The position numbers and the translations under genes were made by a program. Of a stretch of DNA of 24,000 nt, positions 1 through 9,868 are shown piece after piece. The DNA comes from [Mycoplasma] cavipharyngis (lineage in GTDB: Bacteria; Bacillota_I; Bacilli_A; Mycoplasmatales; Mycoplasmoidaceae). Where the stretch lies: the NCBI RefSeq assembly GCF_042984175.1, contig NZ_CP155569.1, positions 682,389 to 706,388 on the forward strand. Direction: 5' to 3'. The notes under the pieces were generated by a model that made no database searches, was not told the origin of the DNA, and saw only the letters and a list, made by a program, of their open reading frames with translations. Each line of letters starts with the position of its first letter. Position 1 is the stretch's first letter.

Positions 1-19
1 GACATTTAATTGAATTGAT

Positions 20-439
20 ATGAACGATTATCGCTCTCAAATTTTAACTCTTTATAAAAATCCACAATTTCGTTCTGAATTTTTAAAATCGAATTTTCAT
101 CATTTTGAGGGTCGTGGATTAGTTTGTGATGAAAATTTAATTATTGGTTTAAAAATTGAACAAGAACACATTGTTGATGCCTATTTTTATGGTGAAGTTT
201 TATGTATTTTTACAACTTCTGTTAGTGAAAAATTAATCTCATTAATTATTAATAAATCAATCAATGAAGCATTAGTTGTTGTTAATAATTTTAAAATGTT
301 TTTAGAAAATAAAAAATATAACAAATCATTATTAGCCGATTTAATTATTTTTAGTGATTTAATTACATCAGTTCAAATTAATTGTGGTTTATTACCAGTT
401 CAAGTTTTAATTAAAGGATTAACTACTAAATGAAATTAA
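20..439 (+). CDS. nifU: NifU/SufU-like iron-sulfur cluster assembly scaffold protein
   Basis: ORF 20..433 runs through TGA(431-433)=Trp to TAA at 437-439. It has three spaced Cys contexts resembling SufU/IscU: GLVCDEN, VLCIFTTSVS and VQINCGLLPV. Size is about 139 aa. Its end overlaps the nfo start by 10 nt. Confidence 0.7.
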
Positions 440-1341
440 TTTTAGGTTCTCATGTTTCTATGAGTAAAAAGAATCATTATTTTCTTGGCGCTGTTGAAGA
501 GATGTTAAGTTATGATGCTAATACATTAATGATTTATACAGGACCACCACAAAATACTAAACGTGTTGACATCAAAACAATGGAAGTTGAAACAGGCACA
601 AAGAAAGCTCAAGAACATCAAATTGATATATCAAACTTTGTGATTCATGCTCCTTATATTATTAATTTAGCAACTTATAAAGAAGAAGCACGGAAATTTG
701 CCATTGATTTTTTAATTGAAGAAATAAAAAGAGCAGCATTTATTGGCATTAATAAAGTTGTTTTGCATCCAGGATCTTTTATTGGACAAACTTTAATTTC
801 TGGATTAAATCATTTAATTGATTCTCTAAATCAAGTTTTAGCAAAAACCGAACATTTAAATGTCTATCTTTGTTTAGAAACTATGGCTGGTAAGGGAAAT
901 GAAATTGGTCGCACTTTTGAAGAATTAGCAGCAATTATTAAAGGTTGTAATCATCATCAATTATTAGGAATTTGTTTTGATACTTGTCATGTTCATGATG
1001 CAGGTTATAATTTAAAAGAAAAAGCGCAATTAATCGAAAAATTTGATCGTATCTTAGGATTAGATCGCTTAAAAGTTTTACATATTAATGATTCTAAAAA
1101 TTTAATTGGTTCACATAAAGACCGACATGAAAATATTGGTTATGGTATGATTGGTTTTGAAACATTACTTGATTGAATTTATGAACCAAAATTTGCTCAT
1201 TTACCTAAAATTTTAGAAACACCATACATTAATATTCCTAGTTCAAATAATAAAAAAGAATTCATTAGTATTGCACCATATAAAGATGAAATTGAATTAA
1301 TCAGGAATAGAAAATGAATAAAAAAATATCCAGAAAAATAA
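430..1341 (+). CDS. nfo: Endonuclease IV (AP endonuclease, xylose isomerase-like TIM barrel)
   Basis: The N-terminus MKLILGSHVS..., together with the VIHAPYIINLA, VLHPGS, LCLETMAGKGNEIG, ICFDTCHVHDAGY, LHINDSKN..GSHKDRHENIG and ETP motifs, is typical of Nfo. The ORF extends past TGA at 1174-1176 and 1315-1317 (both Trp) to TAA at 1339-1341. Confidence 0.9.
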
Positions 1342-1856
1342 AAATTGGTTTTCCCCAACATTTTTGTGAAAGTCATATTCCTTCTAATCATAAAATTAAT
1401 ATTCAAGAAGCTAAAGATTTTTTGAATGATTCTGGTTTAAAAGTAACTAAAACTCGAGTTGATTTACTAGAAATTTTTGTTCAAAACCAAAATCATAATT
1501 TAACTTTTGCTAAAATTCTAAAATTTTTAAATCAAAAAAAGAATAATGTCAATGTTTCAAGTTTATATAACAACTTAAAAATTTTTTGTCGAATTGGAAT
1601 TTTACGATCTAATTTGAATTTATTAACTCATGAAACCACATTTGAATTATTACTAAATGCCGTTCCTCATATTCACGCATATATAATTAGTAGTGAAAAA
1701 CAATTAGTGTTCAATATTGGTTGTGAGTTACATGATGCTATGATTGCACAATTTGAAAAAGAAAATTATATTGTTGAAGATTATTTAATTCAAGCAGTAA
1801 TTCGTTCTAAACCATCTAATCTTAATAATGACAAAGATCAAAAAAATAATAAATAG
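1314..1856 (+). CDS. Fur-family transcriptional regulator (divergent, lacks CxxC pairs)
   Basis: 180-aa ORF with a winged-helix region, GLKVTKTRVDLLEIF...LTFAKILKFL...VNVSSLYNNLKIFCRIGIL, that resembles the Fur/Zur/PerR N-terminal domain. A His-containing stretch (PHIHAY) sits in the C-terminal half. The ATG at 1314 overlaps the end of nfo by 28 nt. Confidence 0.55.
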   Translation: MNKKISRKIKIGFPQHFCESHIPSNHKINIQEAKDFLNDSGLKVTKTRVDLLEIFVQNQNHNLTFAKILKFLNQKKNNVNVSSLYNNLKIFCRIGILRSNLNLLTHETTFELLLNAVPHIHAYIISSEKQLVFNIGCELHDAMIAQFEKENYIVEDYLIQAVIRSKPSNLNNDKDQKNNK

Positions 1857-1933
1857 TTACGATTTAATCAAAACAATAATTTTTTTAAATCATTAAGATA
1901 AAATTAATACTTCCAATAATAAAATTGATATTT

Positions 1934-2527
1934 ATGCATAATTATTCTAAAAATTTGCAATTATTTAAAAATTATATTGCAACTAAAGATCATAATCTTC
2001 TTAAAGAAGATACAATTGCTGATTATTTTGATGATAAAACCAAAATTAAAAAAGCATTAAAAAATTTTTGAAAAACTAAAAAAAGCCCTTTTTATAAAGA
2101 GGCCTATTTTTATTCTGTATATAGTAGTTTTATTTTAATTGCTTGAATTATTTTAAGTTTGATTGGTTTTAGTTTAATTGCTTATAATCCTAATAATGTT
2201 GTTTTCTTATCAATTGGTATTGTTTTTGTTTTATTAGCCTTAATTAATAATTGGGTTTTTATTATTTTTAATTTAAAAAATAAACCAAGTTATTATTATG
2301 TTGTTTTAAATGATACAAAAATCAAAACTAACTATAACACAATGTTGTGATTTTATGCTTTTGGTTTTACTAGTTTAATTGGTAAAGCGATTATGAGTGC
2401 AATTCAATCAGAAATGATTTTATTATTAGAAATTGAATCAGGAATGCCAATTGATTTAGATCACAAAAAAAATCAAGAAAATTTAGCAATTATTACCAAT
2501 TATCCTAAATTCAAAAAAGACAATTAA
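1934..2527 (+). CDS. Hypothetical small membrane protein (2-3 predicted TM segments)
   Basis: ATG at 1934 is in the same frame as track ORF 2159..2350. Three in-frame TGA codons read as Trp and the ORF ends at TAA 2525-2527. Hydrophobic stretches include SSFILIAWIILSLIGFSLIAY, VVFLSIGIVFVLLALINNWVFIIF and MLWFYAFGFTSLIGKAIM. No family was recognised. Confidence 0.45.
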
Positions 2528-2689
2528 TTGTTTGAAATTATTATTTAAATTTCAACTTTGAATTTCATCTTAAAAACTTTTTATTAATTTAATTTTTATT
2601 TAATATTTGTTTATAATTACTTGTTAGTTGAGACTTATAAATTACAATTTCGATACTAAAAATTTAGCCAATTGGATGAAAAATTAACA

Positions 2690-3760
2690 ATGATTCCTTT
2701 TTGAAATAAGTATTTTACAACAAAAATTGATCCATCTTATTCAGATAGTTTAAATTTATTTAAAACTACCATTTTGTTTTCAAAACGATCAAAATGGTTG
2801 TTTTTTGTTGCTTTTATTATTCCTTTGCTTATTTTTTTTATTAGTATTTCAGCAAGCGATCAGCAAGAATTTTTTATCGTTTTATTTCGTGTTTTTGCCA
2901 TTTCTATTACTATCATGCTAACAACAGTTGTTGCTTTTGAATTGAATAATACCAGTTTTTTTAAAAAAATTATTATTAGCACTGGTATTAAACGTTATCA
3001 AATGTTTATTCCTGGAATCGTTGTTTTTTTCTACCAATTAATTCAATTAGGCATTATTTTTGCTTATTTTAAAATTTATTTTATTATTAACAGTAATTTA
3101 CCTGCTAATCAATTACCTCAAGTTTTATCTTGAGATTATTTTTATACAATAATTGTGACTATGATTGTCTCAATTATGATCGGACTATTAATCGCTAATT
3201 TTTTTAAAATTAGAACAACCGCTTTTTCTTTTGCTTTATTTTTTTCTTTTTTAATTGTTTCTCTAACAATTTTTAATTTATATGTTACTAGTAAATTTTA
3301 TTCGCAATTATCTTATATTACACCTTATAGATATTTAGCATTTTTAGAACGTGAATCTTTAAATCAAAATAATTTTTTAAATCTAACTGGTACTAGTATT
3401 TTTAATATTAAAACTAATTATTATATTAGTCATCAAATTTTTGATCCTAGTTATACTGCAATTAGTCCTTCAGAAATTCCTAATTTTTCTAATAATTCTA
3501 CTACTAATGCTTCTTCATCAGACAATCCTTGAATTAGCATTTTTTTAAATTTAAATGAGCAACTTCGTAATAATATTTTAAAAGATCTGCAAAATTGAAA
3601 TTTAGAGAACAATAGTGGTTCTAGTACAAAAAATGTTTTTCTTATTATTGCTAATTTGGATGAAAAGATTGTTAATCTAGTAATGCCTTGAGTTTTTATT
3701 GCGATTTTTATTGGTGGCATTTTTTTACTTGATCCATTGAAAACAAGAAAATATCAATAA
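2690..3760 (+). CDS. ABC-2-type transporter permease, paralog 1
   Basis: Track ORFs 2774..3133 and 3155..3532 share one frame and join through TGA=Trp codons, ending at TAA 3758-3760. The protein has multiple TM segments. It is clearly paralogous to the next gene: FTTKIDxxYSDxxNLFK at the N-terminus, NxTSFxKKIxIxTGIKR mid-protein, and NLVMPWxF...LDPLKxRxY at the C-terminus. A TTG at 2672 is an alternative start. Confidence 0.6.
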
Positions 3761-3782
3761 CTAATTTTTAATAAATTTAAAT

Positions 3783-4883
3783 ATGAATCTTCAAATAAAA
3801 ATTCAACAATTTTTTCATAAATTTTTTACAACTAAAATTGATAGTCAATATTCAGACCGAATTAATTTATTTAAATGTTCTCTACTTTATATTAAAAAAT
3901 CCAAAGCAATTTGGTTCATTTACTTAACTCCTTTAATACTATCAATTATTGGAATTGCAATTAATAACGATCAGAAGAGTCGGCAAGCAATAATTTTTTG
4001 AATTTTGTCAATTTTAATTAGTTCGATTTGTTTACCATTATATTTAAGTGCAACAACAACTTTTCAATTAAACAGTACTAGTTTTTATAAAAAAATTTTA
4101 ATTTTTACAGGAATTAAACGTAGTTATAATTTAATGCCATGAATTATTGTCTTTCTTATAAATTTTAGTAACATTTTATTGCAAGTTGGTTATCAAAACC
4201 TTTTTTGATATATTAGGTTTCACCAATGATTAAACATTGATTATTATGGCTTTTTTTATGGTGCTTTTTTAGCAATTAATTTATCAATTTTAATTGGTTT
4301 AACTTTAGCAATTTGCATTCGCAGACAAATTACCCTTTATTTAGTTTCGATTTTTTTACCATGATTAATTATTGTATTAAGTAATGTTGTTTTATATGCT
4401 ATTAGTGATTTTTATGCTAATTTTTCTTTTATTAATCCATTCAAATATGTTTTTTATTTAATTTCTGAATCATGAACTAATACTAAGCATATTAATTCGA
4501 TTATGCAATCATTACAAGTGCAACCATTAAATTTAATTCGTTCTAATATTTTTGATTTAAACACTCCTTGAATGATCTATAGTTTAAAATCATCTGCAGC
4601 TTTAAATATTAGTGAATTAGGTAATGTCAATAATCTTTCAGGTTTTGATTTTAATCAAATTATTAATAATATTCAAGATCAAAATCGGATTGATTTTTTC
4701 ATGGAAATTTTTAAACAATCTGAAATTCCTGGTAATGCTAAAATTTTAAGTGATTTAAATCTTACAGTCATGGCTAATGCTCCAATTAAAATTGCTAATT
4801 TAGTTATGCCATGAATTTTTAACATTGGTTTTTTAACTGCTTTATTAATTTTAGATCCTTTAAAACGAGGTCGTTATGAATAA
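3783..4883 (+). CDS. ABC-2-type transporter permease, paralog 2
   Basis: Track ORFs 3783..4001 and 4572..4814 share one frame. Eight in-frame TGA codons read as Trp, and TAA is at 4881-4883. It shares the motifs of paralog 1. Its end overlaps the ATPase start by 8 nt (ATGAATAA). Confidence 0.6.
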
Positions 4884-5652
4884 CCAAGTTCCATTAATTG
4901 AACTGAAAAATATTTCTAAAACTTATAAATTAAAAATACATAACTTATTAAATCAAGATTTAAGTTGAGCTGCTAAATTTAAAAAATTGTTTTTTGAAAC
5001 TAAACAAGTTTTAATTAAAGATTTAAACTTAAAAATTTATTCTGGTGAACGAATTGCACTAATTGGTAATAATGGTGCTGGTAAATCAACTTTATCAAAT
5101 ATTATTTGTGGTTATCAAAAAGCAACTAGTGGTCAAATTATTCATAATTACACTTATAAAAAACATCCTAAAGAACGAATATCAATTCAATTTCAATCAG
5201 GTAGTTTTCCAGCTAATTTTTATGTTTATGATGTTTTAAATTTAACAAAAATATTTAGTAAAGAAGATGATGCTATTATTAGTAATTTATACAACTTATT
5301 AGAAATTGATAAAATTATAAATAAAAAAGTAAGATCATTATCAGGTGGTGAACAACAACGTTTAATTTTATATACGAGTTTAATTAGTGATCCATTGTTA
5401 TTAATTTTGGATGAATATTCTAATAATTTGGACTTAAAAAGTAAAGAAGAAGTAGGCAATTACTTAAGTGCTTTTTTAAAAGAGAGCAAAATTACTGTCT
5501 TAATTATTTCTCATGATGCTAGTCAAATTTATCGTTTTGCTAATAAAATTTATTTAATGAAGAATGGTGAAATTATTGATCAGATTGATGATATTAAATC
5601 TAGTTTTCCATCAATCGAATCATTAAGACAATATATTGTGAAAAATATTTAG
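4876..5652 (+). CDS. ABC transporter ATP-binding protein
   Basis: Motifs present: Walker A GNNGAGKST, signature LSGGEQQR, Walker B LLLILDE and H-loop ISHD. The ATG at 4876 is in frame with track ORF 4987..5652 through one TGA=Trp (LSWAAKF). Confidence 0.9.
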
Positions 5653-5730
5653 TTTGTGCTTGAAGCATCTTAGAAATTTATTTTTTACTAAATCAAACTT
5701 GTAATAATAATTATTAATAACAATAAAATT

Positions 5731-5770
5731 CCCCAAGATTATTCTAAAAAATAATCTTGGGGGGTTTTTT
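5731..5770. terminator. Bidirectional rho-independent terminator between the convergent ABC ATPase and ftsZ genes
   Basis: Perfect 12-bp stem: ccccaagattat (5731-5742) pairs with ataatcttgggg (5751-5762), with an 8-nt loop. It is followed by gg+tttttt on the plus strand and by aattttatt on the minus strand. The stem is conspicuously GC-rich for this sequence. Confidence 0.7.
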
Positions 5771-5799
5771 AAACTAAATATTGATTTGAAAAATAGAGT

Positions 5800-7197
5800 T
5801 TAATTTTTAACTTTTGAATCACGATTTTGCATTGATTTAGTTTGAGAAAACATTTTAGTAATTGATTCAAAAATAAAATCTGTATCTTTATGTTGATGAT
5901 TTTTTAAATTAATTTCATGATGCTTATTATCAACTTTATTTACTGGTTTATAAACTATATTAGGATCTAATGATTCAACTTTTCTAGCATTAGTAACATT
6001 TTCTTGATTTCATTCATGAACATTAGTTTTAGTGATCACTTTTTCATTGATCAGTTTTTGATTTTTAGGTTCAAACATAAACACATTAATTCGAATTTTT
6101 TGACTAATTTTATTGTCATAAAAGCCAAAAATTCAATCACTTTCCTTAGGATTTTCAGTTGCTAAAAATCGATTTAGGTTTTTAGCAATTGCTTCACAAA
6201 TTTTATTAGTTGCTTTAATTTGACCAAAATCAATTGAAATAATGTATTTATTAATTTTTCGATGTTCAATTTGATAAATTTTTAGTGCTTGATTTAATTT
6301 ATCTTTTAATGTTTGAATGCTTGTTGAATTAACATCCATAGAATAAAAACAAAATTGTTTGCGTTCATTAATAATGCGAATAAATTCATTACTATCAATA
6401 TTTTTGTATAAATGTCCAGCAATATTAATAATTGATTCAAGACCATCAATTAATGAATCATTTGCAAAACGAAATGATTGCTCAGCAGTATAATCATTTT
6501 GATAAAAATAATTATTGTTATAAACAGCAAATGAACTTGAATAATACTTAATTTGATTTAAAGCATCATCAAACTCATTAATTTTAATTTGTGAAACATA
6601 TTGAGTGTGAGGATAAAAAACTAAACTAATAACAGGAATATTTAAGTCTTTAGCTAATTTTGCAATAATTGGAGTAGCACCACTTCCAGTTCCTTTACCA
6701 ATTCCAGCAACTAAAATTAATAAATCTAATCCTTTTAGTTGTTGAATAATTTTGTCTTGATACTTATAAACTAAATTTTTAACAACATTACGATCTAAAC
6801 CTCCTGCTAATCTTTGATTAGCATTAGTTAATAACAACGTTTTAGTATATTTACTTAATTGTCTTAAATCTTCATAATTTGTATTAATTGCTAAATAATC
6901 AACGTTTTTATTAAAAATTAATTTTTTTTCTAAAAACTCTAATAAAACATTATTACCAGCATTGCCAATCCCAACAACTTTAATTTTAGCTCGTGAATAA
7001 TAATAATTTTTTAGATGACGAATTTTTAAGTTATTTAAACGTTCATTCCTAAATTTAACTTGAATTTTATTAATACTTAAAAAGCGCAGTGAAGATAAAG
7101 TTTTTTTTGCTTTTCAAATAAAAACTGGTAATTTTGTTTTAGATAGTAATAATTTATTTAACTTATTAAATGCTAATAGTGAAAGTGTGTGGTTCAT
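5800..7197 (-). CDS. ftsZ: Cell division protein FtsZ (divergent)
   Basis: Tubulin/FtsZ motifs: KVVGIGNAGNNVL (T1), LVAGIGKGTGSGATPIIAKLAKD (T4 signature variant) and NIDSNEF (T7-like). Track ORF 6133..6837 extends in both directions through TGA=Trp. The ATG is at 7195-7197, with an in-frame TAA upstream at 7222-7224, and the stop is TAA at 5800-5802. Confidence 0.8.
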
Positions 7198-7264
7198 TTT
7201 AGTTGTTGAATGATAAATTTTTAATTAATTTTGAATAATCTTAGTTATCTTTTTTAATCTTGTT

Positions 7265-8377
7265 TTAGATAGTGCTTTGTAATAATTTTTGGGTTTTTAA
7301 ACGTTGTTTTTCAGTTTTTTGAATTTGGTTCTGATAATTTTGTCCTAGGAAAAAAGTAGCGATAATTGGATCATTGATTTGATAAATGTTATGGTTAAAT
7401 TGTTGACAAACGTCTTTTAAACACATTCATTTACCAGCTAAATTTAAAAAATCATTTTTAAAAATTTGATAAATATATTCGTTTTTATAAAAAAAGATAT
7501 TATCAATTCAATTGATTTTTAATTCTTCTTGAAATGCTTTTAGTTTTTTATGAGAAATACTAATAATCATTTCATTAATTGCTTCTTTTAATGTTTTAAT
7601 AAAAAATTCTAAAACTGTAAGTGGCTTATGATTAAAAAACAACATTAAGGAAACATTTTTTTCTATTTCAAATAGTGATCCTTTTTTTAATAAAGCAATT
7701 ACTTGATCAATTTGAAAATCTTGATCTAATTGGTATGCTGTTTTTAATTTTTTGACTAAATATTGAACTAAATAATCACTACCATAAGAAATACTTTTAG
7801 TATTAATGATATTTTGACCATAATAAAAATTATAAGTAATTTTTTTTCGCTCAAATTCAATTACAACATTGTATTTAGAATATTGTGAAAACACTTGACC
7901 AATTAATAATGCTGGAGTATAAATTTTAGAAATTTTTAAATGTAGTTTAGTAAATAAATTTTGGTATTTTTCAAATAAACTTTTATTAACAAAATAAGAA
8001 TAAATAACTTTTTTATTTTCTTGAAGAAACTCATAATTTCTAATTTTAAAAAATTGGTTTTCATCAAATTTTTTTACATAATGATCAAATTTGTGATTAA
8101 TTCAAACTTGTTCATTTAAGATGGGAATTTGAAATGGTAAAACTAAATTAATTTCTTGAAAATGATCAACTAAAACATTAGCACATAATAAATCATAATG
8201 TTGCTTAAAAGTAGTTGTTAGTTTTTCAACATCTAAAATTGTTGAATTACTAATAATTTGATCAGTTGCAAATTCCACAATATCTAAAATTTCATATTTA
8301 TGAGTTGATAAATTATAAAAATAAGCTGTTAAACTACTTTGCTCATTAGTTAAGTTAATTAATAAATTGATTTTCAT
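7265..8377 (-). CDS. Putative FtsA-like (actin-fold) cell division protein, highly degenerate
   Basis: Track ORFs 7508..7894 and 8102..8377 share one frame and join through TGA=Trp, ending at TAA 7265-7267. The gene lies between rsmH and ftsZ. Segments VVIEFERKKITYNFYYGQNI and SISYGSDYLVQYL line up with the FtsA DIGGGTT.. and ..IPIGG..IT.DI regions, but the glycine-rich phosphate-binding residues are lost. Confidence 0.45.
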
Positions 8378-8380
8378 AAT

Positions 8381-9304
8381 TTAACGTTTTTTCACAACCC
8401 ACATTTTAGTACTACGAGCTCTTGGATTAGTAGCAATTTCTTGATCAGTAGGAATAATTGATTTTTTAGTAATTAATTCAAAAGGTCGTTCAAGACTAAT
8501 TGGCAAATTTGCTAAATTAATTACACCCGTATTTGCTCTAATTCATTTTTTAATTAGTTTCTCTTCTAAAGAATGAAAAGTTAGAAAAATGATTACTCCT
8601 TTTGAATTAATAATTTTTCCTAATTGATCTAAAACTAATTTAATGTTTTCAAGTTCTTGATTTAAATAAATTCTTAAAGCCTGAAAATATGTTTTGCAAG
8701 GATGTTTTTTTTGATATAGTGTTTTTTTAGCCACTGAATTTTTAATAATTGTTACTAATTGATCAGTTGTGGTAATTGGTGCAATTGCTTGATGTTTTAA
8801 AATCTTTCTTGCAACTTTTAAACTTTCTTGACATTCACCATATTTTTCAAAAATATGAGCTAATTCACCAACTGATAATTGATTCAATAAATCAGCTACT
8901 GTTGTTTTTTGGTTTAAATCCATACGCATATCTAATGGACCATTTTTCTGATAACTAAAACCACGTTTAAAATTATCTAATTGCGGTGATGAAACACCAA
9001 AATCAAATAAAATACCATCAACTTGAAAAATTTTCAATTTAAATAAAATTGATTGTAAGTTTTTGAAATTACCATAAATCATTTGAAAACGATCATCAAG
9101 TGCTTCTAATCTTTCACCAACAGCAACTGCTTCTTGATCAATATCAAGAGCGATTAAACGACTTTTTTGATCAATTACTTCTAATAATGCTCTACTATGT
9201 CCTCCACGACCAAAAGTACAATCAACAAAAATGCCACTACCTTGATTTTTTCAAAAACTAACTACATCATCTTTTAAGATCGGAATATGAGTCAAGGAAT
9301 TCAT
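8381..9304 (-). CDS. rsmH: 16S rRNA (cytosine1402-N4)-methyltransferase RsmH (MraW)
   Basis: Motifs HIPIL...FVDCTFGRGGHS...DGILFDFGVSSPQLD...RGFSY...GPLDMRMD...HPCKTYFQALRIYLNQEL...FLTFHSLEE. The ATG at 9302-9304 shares one base with the mraZ stop codon (TAATG). The stop is TAA at 8381-8383. Confidence 0.92.
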
Positions 9305-9729
9305 TATGATAAATTTTCACTAGCTGTTTCTAATGTATTAATGTTTTGTTTTTGAAATTCTGCATACTTAGATGCATCTCAAATTTCAATGACACTACCT
9401 AAACCAACTAAACAAACTTCACGCTGAATTTCTGCTAACTGAATTAAATGATTAGGGATTAAAATCCTAAAGGCGCGATCAACAACTAAATTAGCAGCAT
9501 TACCAAGAAATTTTCTTAACATTAAACGAGCATTTTTGTTTTTAAAATCTAAAAGACTTAACTCATTATTGTAATATTCTTGAAATTTTGCTAATGAACG
9601 CAACTCTAATGCACCATCATAACCTTGAGAAATAACTACATCAGAAGAAAGCGTTGCACGTCATTTTGCAGGCAAAATTAAACGATTTTTATCATCTAAG
9701 TTAAAATAAAACGTTCCTAAAAAATCCAT
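9304..9729 (-). CDS. mraZ: Transcriptional regulator MraZ
   Basis: MDFLGTFYFNLDDKNRLILPAKWR...DGALELR...VVDRAFRILIPNHL shows the duplicated DxxxR / SpoVT-AbrB MraZ pattern. Two TGA=Trp codons lie in frame. ATG at 9727-9729 and TAA at 9304-9306. Confidence 0.9.
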
Positions 9730-9731
9730 TG

Positions 9732-9756
9732 TCCCACTTTCCTCCATTTACTCCCA
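9732..9756 (-). promoter_or_regulatory. Putative MraZ operator: three direct TGGRR boxes with exact 10-nt phasing
   Basis: The minus strand reads taTGGGAgtaaaTGGAGgaaagTGGGAcaATG. The boxes are at 9756-9752, 9746-9742 and 9736-9732, directly between the -10 element and the mraZ ATG. The middle box also forms GGAGG (9745-9741), a possible Shine-Dalgarno sequence 11 nt from the ATG. Confidence 0.45.
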
Positions 9757-9758
9757 TA

Positions 9759-9767
9759 ATTTTAGCA
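9759..9767 (-). promoter_or_regulatory. Candidate extended -10 promoter element (TGcTAAAAT) of the mraZ-rsmH-ftsA-like-ftsZ operon
   Basis: The minus strand reads TGCTAAAAT about 30 nt upstream of the mraZ ATG and downstream of the prkC terminator. There is no convincing -35 element, which the TG extension could compensate for. Confidence 0.4.
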
Positions 9768-9802
9768 TAAGGAAACACCAAAAAATGATTTTTTTCAATT
9801 GC

Positions 9803-9835
9803 AATAAAAAAACTGCTTAAAAAAATCAGCAGTTT
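9803..9835 (-). terminator. Rho-independent terminator after prkC
   Basis: 8-bp stem: aaactgct (9810-9817) pairs with agcagttt (9828-9835), with a 10-nt loop. On the minus strand the hairpin runs straight into TTTTTTTATT. It lies about 35 nt downstream of the prkC stop. Confidence 0.6.
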
Positions 9836-9868
9836 AATAAAGCGATTGAAGGATAAATAAAAATTAAT

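Noticed and set aside
1-19. A possible 3' end of an upstream gene (…D I stop, TAA at 7-9), for example nifS preceding nifU.
   Set aside because: Only two codons are visible, and synteny expectation alone is not evidence.
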